A stretch of 63,249 nucleotides of DNA. It comes from an uncultured Bacilli bacterium. Its GTDB lineage: Bacteria > Bacillota_I > Bacilli_A > RF39 > UBA660. Where the stretch lies: positions 1-63,249 of the forward strand of contig CAJOJR010000003.1 of NCBI GenBank assembly GCA_905235065.1. The letters are read 5' to 3'. Within the stretch, counting starts at the first letter, position 1. Every line of letters starts with the position of its first letter. Below the pieces are notes generated by a model. The model saw nothing but the letters and a program-made list of their open reading frames with translations. It made no database searches and was not told the DNA's origin. Below, in pieces: positions 30,318 to 42,150 of this stretch. A program made the position numbers and the translations under genes.

Positions 30318-31041
30318 CTCTTTTAAAAATCTTTAATACTTCCTTAGTATAGTTAGATTTTTCATCATGAACTATTAACGGGCTCAAAACTTTAACACCA
30401 GGATTGGTATTCTTTCTAGCTTCTATTAAAACTAAATTTGATTCAGAATTCTTCTTCGGAAATATAAATTTTATTTTCTTCGGTTCTAGCTTATATTTTT
30501 TCAAAATTTCTATTATTTCTGGTAATCTTTCAGTTCTATGAACTAAGGCAAATATACCTTTATTTACTAATAATTTAGAAGCTATAGATATAATTTCCTC
30601 TAAATTTATTAAAGTTTCATGCCTAGCATTTGTTTTTATCACATTATCATTCAAAATACTAGTATCTAGCTTTTTAAAATATGGTGGATTAGACAATATT
30701 AAATCAAATGATTCATGTTTATAATGCGACAATAAATCTTTTATATCAATATTTAATATTTCAATTTGATTTTCTAAATTATTAATTTTTACTGATTCAA
30801 CAGCTAATTTATATACTTCTTTTTGTATTTCTACACCGATTATTTTTTCATTTGTTTTAGTAGATAATATCAAAGGAATTGGAGCATTACCTGTTCCAAG
30901 ATCTAATATATTTTTAATTTTATTATTTAAATTAACAAAATTGGCAAGTAAAACCGAATCTAAACTAAAATTAAAGTATTCATTTACTTGCACTATTTTT
31001 AAATTTTCATAACCTACTAAATCATTTATTACTTTTTCCAT
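30310..31041 (-). CDS. class I SAM-dependent methyltransferase, YabB/TrmN6-like
   Basis: 243 aa with DLGTGNAPIPL and the N6-MTase motif SNPPYF. Lies in the conserved ricT-yabB-rsmI order. Confidence 0.75.
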   Translation of the reverse strand: MEKVINDLVGYENLKIVQVNEYFNFSLDSVLLANFVNLNNKIKNILDLGTGNAPIPLILSTKTNEKIIGVEIQKEVYKLAVESVKINNLENQIEILNIDIKDLLSHYKHESFDLILSNPPYFKKLDTSILNDNVIKTNARHETLINLEEIISIASKLLVNKGIFALVHRTERLPEIIEILKKYKLEPKKIKFIFPKKNSESNLVLIEARKNTNPGVKVLSPLIVHDEKSNYTKEVLKIFKRGE

Positions 31042-31831
31042 TTTCTTTACACTTTAAACATATTGTTTCATTTCCATGATCAGGAATGTTAACAATATAC
31101 TTTCTATTAGGAATATCAATAAAAATTACTGTTCCTTCTCCAAATTTTGTTTCAACCGTATCACCTACTTCTGGCATTCCTTTTCTATTCTCTTCATATA
31201 GTTCATCTTCATATGTCAAGCAGCATAAAAGTCTTCCACAACTACCATTTATTTTAGCTGGATTTAAAGCTAAATTTTGATTTTTTGCCATTGATATTGA
31301 TACAGAATCAAGGTTATTTAAAAAGCTTGAACAGCATAATTTTCTTCCACATGGGCCTAGACCAGAAACTTCCTTGGCTTTATCTCTTATTCCTATTTGT
31401 CTTAGTTCGATTCTTGTTTTATATATAGCAGCTAGTTCTCTAGCAAGTTCACGAAAATCAACTCTATTATCAGATATAAAATATAGCATTAACTGACTTC
31501 TTTCAAAATTAAAACTTGAATCTACAAAAGTCATTTTTAATCCTAATTTTTCTGATAATTCAGTTGCTTTTAATATTGCTTTTTCCGCATCCTTTTTATT
31601 CTTGTTATATGTGCTTTTATCTTTAGAAGTTGCAATTCTTACTACTTTAGATAACTCTTTATCATTAGACTCAAAGTCAATGTCTACATTTTTTAAAATA
31701 ACCTTTGCATATTCTAAACCCTTTTCTGTTTCAACAATGACATCTTCTTCATCATTTAATTCAACTTTATTTAAATCAAAATAATATATTTTACCATTTT
31801 CTTTAAAAGAAACTCCTACTACTTTTGTCAT
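31022..31831 (-). CDS. ricT: PSP1-domain regulatory protein RicT (YaaT)
   Basis: 269 aa with a PSP1 domain and a Cys cluster GPCGRKLCC...GSCGRLLCCL. Confidence 0.85.
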   Translation of the reverse strand: MTKVVGVSFKENGKIYYFDLNKVELNDEEDVIVETEKGLEYAKVILKNVDIDFESNDKELSKVVRIATSKDKSTYNKNKKDAEKAILKATELSEKLGLKMTFVDSSFNFERSQLMLYFISDNRVDFRELARELAAIYKTRIELRQIGIRDKAKEVSGLGPCGRKLCCSSFLNNLDSVSISMAKNQNLALNPAKINGSCGRLLCCLTYEDELYEENRKGMPEVGDTVETKFGEGTVIFIDIPNRKYIVNIPDHGNETICLKCKENGKSNK

Positions 31832-32640
31832 TATAATCTCCCAATTTCTATCAAAAATTTATCAATAAATAAATTTCCATTTAAATTATACTTTAATAAA
31901 TCAATATTGTCATTTAAAATTTTAATTTTACCAATTATTTTTTTATAATCATTATTTTCTATTGTTTTAAAAATCAAATCTTCATTATTATAAAAGAATT
32001 CTAAATTAATTCCATATATTTTATTTAAACAATCTTTATAAAACAACTCTACGAAACTCAAAACTTTTTTTAATTCATCTTTTTCAAATGACTTGTAAAG
32101 TTCGCTTGAATTGTATGCAATTGCTTTTACACCAGATTCTATTATTTTAATCATAGATATTGTCTTACTAACTATCTCTTCATCTATTAATTTTCTATCA
32201 TTTACCTCACATTGAATTATCTGACATCTAGATTTTATAGTTGATATGACATAATCCATATTTGAAGTTATTAGAAATGCATATATATTCTCTGAAGGTT
32301 CCTCAAGAGTTTTTAATAAACAATTGGCCGCTGAAGCGTTCAATTTTTCACATTCTTTTATTATATAAACTTTACTATCACTTATTTGAGAAGTTTTAGA
32401 TAATTTTTCTTCTAAATCTAGTATTTTTTCTTTTTTGATAACATTTTTTTCAGGTTCAATAAAATAAACATCTGGATTATCTTCTATTTTTATATCTTTT
32501 TTAAATATTATTGAATGCAAAATATACTCTATTGCACTCTCTATATTTTCATAATTTGTATTAGAAAATAGGTATGCATGTCCAATAGAATTTAAAGAAT
32601 CTTTTTCTTCAAAGTATTTTTTTATTTCTTCTGTTTTCAT
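31831..32640 (-). CDS. holB: DNA polymerase III subunit delta'
   Basis: 269 aa with ...GHAYLFS..., ASAANCLLKTLEEP and SRCQ. Divergent and short. Confidence 0.75.
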   Translation of the reverse strand: MKTEEIKKYFEEKDSLNSIGHAYLFSNTNYENIESAIEYILHSIIFKKDIKIEDNPDVYFIEPEKNVIKKEKILDLEEKLSKTSQISDSKVYIIKECEKLNASAANCLLKTLEEPSENIYAFLITSNMDYVISTIKSRCQIIQCEVNDRKLIDEEIVSKTISMIKIIESGVKAIAYNSSELYKSFEKDELKKVLSFVELFYKDCLNKIYGINLEFFYNNEDLIFKTIENNDYKKIIGKIKILNDNIDLLKYNLNGNLFIDKFLIEIGRL

Positions 32641-32647
32641 TTTTCTC

Positions 32648-32830
32648 CTACAATATGGTTTTCAATATAACTAATAAAATAATTCCTGGAAAATCAATTA
32701 GTGTAACTAACGTTATTGAATATAAATTTATTGGAATAAAAAATCCTGTTTTACTTGTAATAAAATTAAATGTATATAATAAGCAAAATGATATAATTAT
32801 TCTTTTGATTAATTTAAAAATATTTTTCAT
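32648..32830 (-). CDS. bofA: pro-sigma-K processing inhibitor BofA-like membrane protein
   Basis: 60 aa. FIPINLYSITLVTLIDFPGIILLVILK aligns with B. subtilis BofA HVPINLVTTAISGILGIPGIAALVVIK (from memory). Lies downstream of recR, as in Bacillus. Confidence 0.55.
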   Translation of the reverse strand: MKNIFKLIKRIIISFCLLYTFNFITSKTGFFIPINLYSITLVTLIDFPGIILLVILKTIL

Positions 32831-32868
32831 TAATTCTCCTTAATAAAAAATATTTTAATACATAAATT

Positions 32869-33468
32869 TTATTCAAGATATTTTCTATCTTCTAAAGCCT
32901 TACTTATCATTAAAGGATCCAAATATTCAATATCAGATCCCATAGGTATCCCATATGACAATCTAGAAACTTTTATATTCTTTTTTTCTAATAGTTTTTG
33001 AATATATAATGACGTTGTTTCACCCTCTATAGATGGTGATAATGCAATTATAACTTCTTTTACATCTTCATTTATTCTCTCATTAATTAATGAAAATATA
33101 TTTATATCTTCTGGATTTATATCTTCAATTGGATTAATTAAACCGTTTAATATATGGTACTTTCCTTTAAAGTTGCCACTTTTTTCAAAAACATATGCAC
33201 TTTTAGAATCTTCAACTACACAAATAATCGATTTATCTCTGGTTTTTGAATCACAAATTTCACATGTTTCTTTGTCTGTTAAAATTCCACAATTCTTGCA
33301 GTTACGTATGGTATTTTTAAAATTTAATAAGTCTTTAGAAAACTCTATAATTTCTTCCTCTTTTAGATTGTTAATTGTGAAAACAAAACGCTCTGCAGAT
33401 TTTTCTCCAATACCAGGTAACTTTTTAAAATCTTGCATTAATTTTTCAAAAGCTGTTGGGTATACCAT
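32869..33468 (-). CDS. recR: recombination protein RecR
   Basis: 199 aa with an HhH motif (LPGIGEKSAERF), a zinc finger (CKNCG...CEIC) and a Toprim domain. Confidence 0.95.
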   Translation of the reverse strand: MVYPTAFEKLMQDFKKLPGIGEKSAERFVFTINNLKEEEIIEFSKDLLNFKNTIRNCKNCGILTDKETCEICDSKTRDKSIICVVEDSKSAYVFEKSGNFKGKYHILNGLINPIEDINPEDINIFSLINERINEDVKEVIIALSPSIEGETTSLYIQKLLEKKNIKVSRLSYGIPMGSDIEYLDPLMISKALEDRKYLE

Positions 33469-33470
33469 TA

Positions 33471-33764
33471 TTAAAACAATCCTCCTAGACCACTAGTATA
33501 TTTTCCTAATCTTTCTTCTTTTTCCTTCTTAATTTTATCCAATGCGCTATTTATTGCTAGAAGTACCATATCTTCAAATAATTCTTTTTCACTTAAAACC
33601 TCATCATTTAAAATTTCAATTTTAGTTACTCTGTTTGAACCTAATACTTCTACCTTCACTCCACTATTTTCGCCAATAAAAGTTTTTTCTTCTATTTCCT
33701 TAGTTATCCTTTCAATATCCTTTTGTAATCTTTGAGCTTGTGCCATTAAATTTTGCATATTCAT
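33471..33764 (-). CDS. ybaB: nucleoid-associated protein YbaB/EbfC
   Basis: 97 aa starting MNMQNLMAQAQRLQKDIE... and ending GLGGLF. Lies in the dnaX-ybaB-recR synteny. Confidence 0.9.
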   Translation of the reverse strand: MNMQNLMAQAQRLQKDIERITKEIEEKTFIGENSGVKVEVLGSNRVTKIEILNDEVLSEKELFEDMVLLAINSALDKIKKEKEERLGKYTSGLGGLF

Positions 33765-33778
33765 AAAAATTCCCTCCT

Positions 33779-35401
33779 TTATTTTATATCAATGCTTTCT
33801 TCACCAAAAATTTGTTCAGCAAAACTATCTGTTTTTTTATTGAATTTTTTTTCCATCACAGGTTCTGGTTGCAACTTATATTTTATACCATTTTTTTTAT
33901 TTTTTATATACTCTTTTTTTATTTCTGCCCATTCTTCTTCTGTTATTGCAATTACTTTATACAATTTACTTAATATTTCTTTTATAAGTTTTTCTATTTT
34001 TTCAATATTTAAATTAAATAATTTTGCATCATTTTCTTTTTTATATTTGAATATTAAATAATCTTTAGATGAGACAATTAATTCACTATTTTTTAAAATA
34101 TTAACACTCTTATTATACTTTTCATTTGAAATAAAATCAGAGACTCTTAACAATTTTTTTTTGTTTTCTTGTAACATTTCTTTATCTGCGCCAGCTAATG
34201 CGTTATTAATTCTTATAGAAAATATTTCCCGGGAAATATTTTCTATACTTTTATTTGATATTTCTTTGTCAATTTTTGGATCTTCACTTTCCATCTTATT
34301 AACATTTTTAATCAATTTATCATTATCTTCTTTATTAAATTCTTCTAAAATTTCTAATAATGTCACTTCTAATAATAGCTTTTGATTCTCTGACTTTTTT
34401 ATTTCATTCAATAATTTTATTAAGTTGCTTGCTAAATAATTAGCGGTTTCGTTTGATAAATTAGAATATTTTTCTAATTTTTCCTGCTGTTTTTTAGGAA
34501 AATAGTTATTAACATTATTGTTAATATTGATATTTCTTACTAAAACCAATAACTTTTCTATTATTGAATATATATTTTTTCCACTATTATAAAATTCTTC
34601 TATTTTATTCAATATACTTGGAATATCATTATCAATTATACTATCAAACAAATGTTCTAATTCTTTTTCTGATATTTCACCATTTAGATTATATATATCA
34701 TCAACAGTTATATCTTTATTCGATGTTGTTATAACTTGATCTAACAAATTTATAGCATCTCTCAATCCACCATCACTTATCTCCGAAATAAGCTTAACTA
34801 CATCTTCTGATACTTTTTTATTTTCTTTTTTTAATATTTCATTTAGCTTTGATTCGATTTCAGATGATGTTATTTTCTTGAAATCAAATTTTTGACATCT
34901 TGATATTATAGTTAATGGAATCTTTTGAATTTCTGTTGTTGCTAATATAAATATTACATGTTTTGGTGGTTCCTCAAGAGTTTTTAGCAAAGCATTAAAT
35001 GCTCCAATAGAAAGCATATGCACTTCATCTATTATATATATTTTATATTCACCAACAGATGGTAATAGTTTGACGTTATTTCTTATTTCTCTTATCTCAT
35101 CTACACCATTATTACTAGCAGCGTCTATTTCTATAATATCAATATCATTTTCTTTTAATGCACTACAAATTTCACATTTTTCACACATTTCACCATCTAT
35201 TGGATTTAAACAATTAACCGCTCTAGCAAAAATTTTAGCCACACTTGTCTTACCTGTACCTCTTGGCCCGCTAAACAAATATGCATGACTTACATTTTTT
35301 GTTTTTATAGCATTTTTTAATATATCTATAACATATTTTTGACCGTATACTTCGCTAAATTTACTAGGTCTATATTTTCTATATAAAGCTAAATAACTCA
35401 T
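33779..35401 (-). CDS. dnaX: DNA polymerase III subunit gamma/tau
   Basis: 540 aa with Walker A GPRGTGKTS, a zinc module CLNP..CEKCEIC, IIDEVHML, and LLKTLEEPP. Confidence 0.95.
   Translation of the reverse strand: MSYLALYRKYRPSKFSEVYGQKYVIDILKNAIKTKNVSHAYLFSGPRGTGKTSVAKIFARAVNCLNPIDGEMCEKCEICSALKENDIDIIEIDAASNNGVDEIREIRNNVKLLPSVGEYKIYIIDEVHMLSIGAFNALLKTLEEPPKHVIFILATTEIQKIPLTIISRCQKFDFKKITSSEIESKLNEILKKENKKVSEDVVKLISEISDGGLRDAINLLDQVITTSNKDITVDDIYNLNGEISEKELEHLFDSIIDNDIPSILNKIEEFYNSGKNIYSIIEKLLVLVRNININNNVNNYFPKKQQEKLEKYSNLSNETANYLASNLIKLLNEIKKSENQKLLLEVTLLEILEEFNKEDNDKLIKNVNKMESEDPKIDKEISNKSIENISREIFSIRINNALAGADKEMLQENKKKLLRVSDFISNEKYNKSVNILKNSELIVSSKDYLIFKYKKENDAKLFNLNIEKIEKLIKEILSKLYKVIAITEEEWAEIKKEYIKNKKNGIKYKLQPEPVMEKKFNKKTDSFAEQIFGEESIDIK
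34224..34237. promoter_or_regulatory. Noc-binding site (NBS) consensus inside dnaX
   Basis: ATTTCCCGGGAAAT is an exact match to the published B. subtilis NBS consensus. It lies at the centre of a 34-bp perfect palindrome (34214-34247). Confidence 0.7.
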
Positions 35402-35455
35402 TTATTATTCACCCCACTAACTAAATAAAATTATAGCATTTTATATAAAAAAAAA

Positions 35456-35866
35456 CTATCTTTTTGATTTAAAAAAAGATGTTAGTATTTCTTTAAAATT
35501 ATCATTATATTCTTCTAACTTTTCTAATTTTGTTTTGGTAATTACTTTTTCATTAAATGAATCTAAAATGTAGTATACTTTTTTTAACCTAGATGCTTTT
35601 ATTACTTCTAAACACATATTACAAGGTTTAAGAGTTACATACATTTCATATTCATCAAGTCTCCAGCTTTTATTTTTTTTACAAAGTTTATTTATACATA
35701 TTATTTCAGCATGACATAAAGGATTATTATACTTTTCTCTCATATTGTAAGCTTTTGATACTATTTTATTATTTTTAACTATTACACAAGCAACTGGCAC
35801 TTCGTTATTTTTTGCCGCCTCATGTGATAATTTAATTAATTCATTTATTATTTTAATATTGATCAT
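35456..35866 (-). CDS. tadA: tRNA-specific adenosine deaminase
   Basis: 136 aa with the CDA zinc motifs CHAEI and PCNMC. Confidence 0.85.
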   Translation of the reverse strand: MINIKIINELIKLSHEAAKNNEVPVACVIVKNNKIVSKAYNMREKYNNPLCHAEIICINKLCKKNKSWRLDEYEMYVTLKPCNMCLEVIKASRLKKVYYILDSFNEKVITKTKLEKLEEYNDNFKEILTSFFKSKR

Positions 35867-35878
35867 ATTTTACTCCTT

Positions 35879-35956
35879 AAAAAAAGCACACACAAATGTT
35901 AAACATTAAGGCTGCTATTTTCCAATCCTGACCTGTTTCTGCCACATTTGTTGTGC
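35879..35956 (-). ncRNA. ffs: signal recognition particle RNA, small 4.5S type
   Basis: The minus strand reads GCACAACAAAUGUGGCAGAAACAGGUCAGGAUUGGAAAAUAGCAGCCUUAAUGUUUAACAUUUGUGUGUGC followed by a U-run. The domain IV core CAGGUCAGG-AUU-GGAA-AAUAGCAGCC compares with E. coli CAGGUCAGGUCCGGAAGGAAGCAGCC. The 5' and 3' ends form a 13-bp closing helix. The RNA has its own promoter and is followed by a U-run. Confidence 0.85.
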
Positions 35957-35962
35957 AATATA

Positions 35963-35991
35963 ATTATATTTTATTTATTATTTTTTTTCAA
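35963..35991 (-). promoter_or_regulatory. sigma-A promoter of ffs
   Basis: On the minus strand, TTGAAA (35986-35991), a 17-nt spacer and TATAAT (35963-35968). The G at 35956 lies 7 nt downstream. Confidence 0.7.
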
Positions 35992-36004
35992 TAGATTTTT
36001 TAAA

Positions 36005-36020
36005 TGTTCCACGTGAAACA
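36005..36020. promoter_or_regulatory. parS centromere-like site (ParB/Spo0J loading site)
   Basis: TGTTCCACGTGAAACA is identical to the B. subtilis parS consensus. It is embedded in a 32-bp near-palindrome (35997-36028). Confidence 0.85.
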
Positions 36021-36029
36021 TTTAAAAAT

Positions 36030-36043
36030 ATTTCCCGGGAAAT
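36030..36043. promoter_or_regulatory. Noc-binding site (NBS)
   Basis: ATTTCCCGGGAAAT is an exact match to the NBS consensus. It lies at the centre of a 26-bp perfect palindrome (36024-36049). Confidence 0.8.
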
Positions 36044-36075
36044 ATTTTTTTAATATTTAATAATTAAAAAAGTAA

Positions 36076-36091
36076 TGTTCCACGTGGAACA
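36076..36091. promoter_or_regulatory. parS site (perfectly palindromic variant), doubling as the gyrA terminator hairpin
   Basis: TGTTCCACGTGGAACA. The extended palindrome 36068-36099 is flanked by A and T runs and overlaps the gyrA stop codon (36098-36100). Confidence 0.8.
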
Positions 36092-36097
36092 TCACTT

Positions 36098-38542
36098 TTA
36101 AATTTCTATATTTTCTTCTGTTGATTCTTTATCAACTATAGATATAGATGAAACAGTATTATTTTCTTTTAGATTAATTAATCTTACTCCTTGTGTTACT
36201 CTTCCTAAATTTGAAATTTTATTAACATCTAATCTTATTACAACACCTAAATTTGTAATTATTATTAAATCCTTATCTTGATCTACTAATTTAAATCCTA
36301 TTATGTTTCCGTTTTTTTCAGTAACATTTAAAGCTTTAACACCTTTACTACCACGTTTTGTTTCTCTATACTCACTTATATTAGTTCTCTTTCCGTAACC
36401 TTTTTCAGTAACTACTAATATATTTTGCCCTAATAAAGATGTTTCCATAGAAATACAATTATCATCTGACTGTAAATTAATTCCTCTTACACCACTTGCT
36501 GTTCTTCCCATTAGTCTTATTTCAGATTCATTATATCTTACCATTCTTCCTTTATAAGAACACATCAATACTTGATTAGTTCCATCTGTTTTACTAACAG
36601 AAATTAATTCATCATCTTCTTTTAATTTAATTGCTATTTTACCGTTTTGTCTTATATTATCAAATTCCTCTATAGCTGTACGTTTTACTACACCTTTTTT
36701 AGTAGCAAATATCAAACATTTGTACTTATTATCTTTTTCTACTTTTATTATTGTATTAATAGTTTCTTCTTTTTCTAAAGGTAATAGGTTAACAATTGGT
36801 AATCCTTTAGCTGTTCTAGAAAATTCAGGAATTTCATACCCTTTCATTCTATACACTTTACCTTTATTAGAGAAAAACAATATATAATCATGTGTAGACA
36901 TTGTTATTATCTTTTCAACAAAATCTTCATTATTTGTCGTCATTCCTTTAATTCCGGTACCACCACGATTTTGAGTTCTATACGTATCTGCACTTAATCT
37001 TTTTATATAATTTTTATGTGTTAATGTTACTATTGATGTTTCTTCTGGAATTAAAGATTCATCTTCAATATAATCAATTGCTGTCATATCAATATGAGTT
37101 TTTCTTTCATCTGCATATTTATCTTTAATTTCAAGTAACTCCTTCTTAATAATATCGTAAATTTTTTGTTCACTAGATAATATTGATTTATACTCTTCAA
37201 TTGCTGCTAATAAATCTTTTAATTCACTCTCTACTTTATCTCTTTCTAATCCAGTTAATCTACGTAATTTCATTTCAAGAATTGCATCTGTTTGAATTTC
37301 AGTAAGAGCAAATCTAGACATTAATTTTTCTTTTGCTTCTTCGTCGCTTTTAGCATTTCTTATAATCTTAATTACTTCATCGATATTATCTAAAGCTATT
37401 TTTAATCCTTCTAATATATGAACACGTTTTTCAGCTTTATCTAATTCAAATTTAGTTCTTCTTATAATGATTTCTTTTTGATAATCAATATATTTTGAAA
37501 TTATATCTTTAATACCAAGAGTTTTAGGAACACCATTATCTAGCATTAAGAATATAATTCCATAATTTGTTTGAAATTGTGTGTGTTTATATAAATTATT
37601 CAATACAACTTGTGGATTTGCATCATGTTTTAAAGTTATAGTTATTTTAACACCATCTTTTAAATCTGTATGATAATCAGATATTCCTTCTATTGTTTTA
37701 TTATGAACTAATTCAGCAACTTTATTTTTTAGTTCTGATGTATTTACACCATAAGGAACTTCGGTAATTATTATATAATTTTTACCATTTTTTTCTTCTA
37801 TTACTGCTTTACTTCTTATTGTAATAGATCCTCTACCTGTTTCATATGCTTGTTTTATACCACTATTTCCTAATATTATTCCACCTGTAGGAAAATCTGG
37901 TCCCTTGATATATTGCATCAAACCTAATGTATCAATATCATGATTATCTATATAAGCTACACATCCATCTATTACTTCACCTAAGTTATGAGGCGGGATA
38001 TTTGTAGCCATACCAACAGCAATACCCATTGTTCCATTTACTAAAATGTTAGGAAATCTTGAAGGTAAAATTTCAGGTTCTTTTTCTGATTCATCAAAAT
38101 TTGGTATAAAGTTTATTGTATCTTTGTTAATATCTCTTAATAATTCTAGTGATATTTTTGAAAGTCTTGATTCAGTATAACGCATTGCGGCAGCGCCTGC
38201 TCCAGCAATATTACCAAAGTTACCATGCCCGTCAACTAATGTATTTCTATAACTGAAATCTTGAGCCATACGAACCATTGCTTCATAAATACTTGAATCT
38301 CCATGTGGATGATATTTACCCATAACATCTCCGACGATACGAGCGGATTTTTTATGAGGTTTATCTGGAGTATAACCTGATTCATACATTGACCACAAAA
38401 TTCTTCTATGTACTGGTTTTAAACCATCTCTTAAATCAGGGAGTGCACGTGAAATAATAACACTCATTGAATATTCTAGAAATGATGTTTCAATTTCATT
38501 TATAATATTATTTTCTTCTAATCTATCTCTACTATGATCCAT
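36098..38542 (-). CDS. gyrA: DNA gyrase subunit A
   Basis: 814 aa with the catalytic Tyr region [10 protein letters not shown], the QRDR-like motif [13 protein letters not shown], and C-terminal beta-pinwheel repeats. Confidence 0.98.
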   Translation of the reverse strand: MDHSRDRLEENNIINEIETSFLEYSMSVIISRALPDLRDGLKPVHRRILWSMYESGYTPDKPHKKSARIVGDVMGKYHPHGDSSIYEAMVRMAQDFSYRNTLVDGHGNFGNIAGAGAAAMRYTESRLSKISLELLRDINKDTINFIPNFDESEKEPEILPSRFPNILVNGTMGIAVGMATNIPPHNLGEVIDGCVAYIDNHDIDTLGLMQYIKGPDFPTGGIILGNSGIKQAYETGRGSITIRSKAVIEEKNGKNYIIITEVPYGVNTSELKNKVAELVHNKTIEGISDYHTDLKDGVKITITLKHDANPQVVLNNLYKHTQFQTNYGIIFLMLDNGVPKTLGIKDIISKYIDYQKEIIIRRTKFELDKAEKRVHILEGLKIALDNIDEVIKIIRNAKSDEEAKEKLMSRFALTEIQTDAILEMKLRRLTGLERDKVESELKDLLAAIEEYKSILSSEQKIYDIIKKELLEIKDKYADERKTHIDMTAIDYIEDESLIPEETSIVTLTHKNYIKRLSADTYRTQNRGGTGIKGMTTNNEDFVEKIITMSTHDYILFFSNKGKVYRMKGYEIPEFSRTAKGLPIVNLLPLEKEETINTIIKVEKDNKYKCLIFATKKGVVKRTAIEEFDNIRQNGKIAIKLKEDDELISVSKTDGTNQVLMCSYKGRMVRYNESEIRLMGRTASGVRGINLQSDDNCISMETSLLGQNILVVTEKGYGKRTNISEYRETKRGSKGVKALNVTEKNGNIIGFKLVDQDKDLIIITNLGVVIRLDVNKISNLGRVTQGVRLINLKENNTVSSISIVDKESTEENIEI

Positions 38543-38557
38543 TTTAAAACCTCCCTA

Positions 38558-41552
<2,995 letters not shown>

Positions 41553-41654
41553 TTTTTACCCTCTTTTAAATGTTTTTACGAAAAAATATAGTAAGTACGT
41601 ACTCCTACTCACAATTAAAATTATATCACAAAATGAGTTTTATTTCATTAAAAT

Positions 41655-41685
41655 TTAAAAAAAAGAAAGTTTTTTAACTTTCTTT
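41655..41685 (-). terminator. rho-independent terminator of the comK-like gene
   Basis: AAAGAAAGTT-tttt-AACTTTCTTT with a T-run on the minus strand, directly after the stop codon. Confidence 0.75.
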
Positions 41686-42150
41686 TTATTTAAATTTTTC
41701 TTGTCTTTCTTCAAGTAAGTATTTTAGTCTACTAGATCTCATTATTTGATTATTTAAAGAACCTATTGAAATATTTAATTCTAATATATTTCCATTCTTA
41801 AATACTATTCTTGATGTGCCTTTTTTACTACCTTTTTCATATGTTAATATGTTATTTAATGAAACCCATATACAATCAGATCTATTAGGAGAAGTAGTAG
41901 GAAAAAATATTATCTTGTTCGTATCTTCAATTATAATTGGAGATTTATGAGTGATTCCTGATATATTTTTTGTTCCTATATATCTTCCTTCATATGTACT
42001 ACCAAAATACTCGCAACTGCGTTCAATAACACTTAATGTTGGCATAGATACATCATATTCATTATCACTTTCTAGTACCTTACATTCTTCTTCTGATGTA
42101 GGCATTATAGCCAATGTATCCTTATTTATCTCATAATCCACAAAATTCAC
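41686..42150 (-). CDS. comK: competence transcription factor ComK-family protein (short form)
   Basis: 154 aa. Aligns block by block with B. subtilis ComK (from memory):
- YEINKDTLAIMP vs YEVNGATIAVLP
- VIERSCEYFGSTYEGRYIGT vs IVDRSCRFFGSSYAGRKAGT
- ITHKSPIIIEDTNKIIFFPTTSPNRSDCIWVS vs ISHKPPIMVDPSNQIFLFPTLSSTRPQCGWIS
- VFKNGNILELNIS vs VTFSNGKTMELPIS. Confidence 0.8.
   Translation of the reverse strand: MNFVDYEINKDTLAIMPTSEEECKVLESDNEYDVSMPTLSVIERSCEYFGSTYEGRYIGTKNISGITHKSPIIIEDTNKIIFFPTTSPNRSDCIWVSLNNILTYEKGSKKGTSRIVFKNGNILELNISIGSLNNQIMRSSRLKYLLEERQEKFK

Noticed and set aside
36068-36099. Reading the three palindromes downstream of gyrA as nothing more than stacked rho-independent terminators.
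   Set aside because: Terminator geometry is real for the gyrA-proximal hairpin. However, the stems match the 16-bp parS and 14-bp NBS consensus sequences base for base, and the NBS core recurs identically inside dnaX. A generic terminator would not do either.
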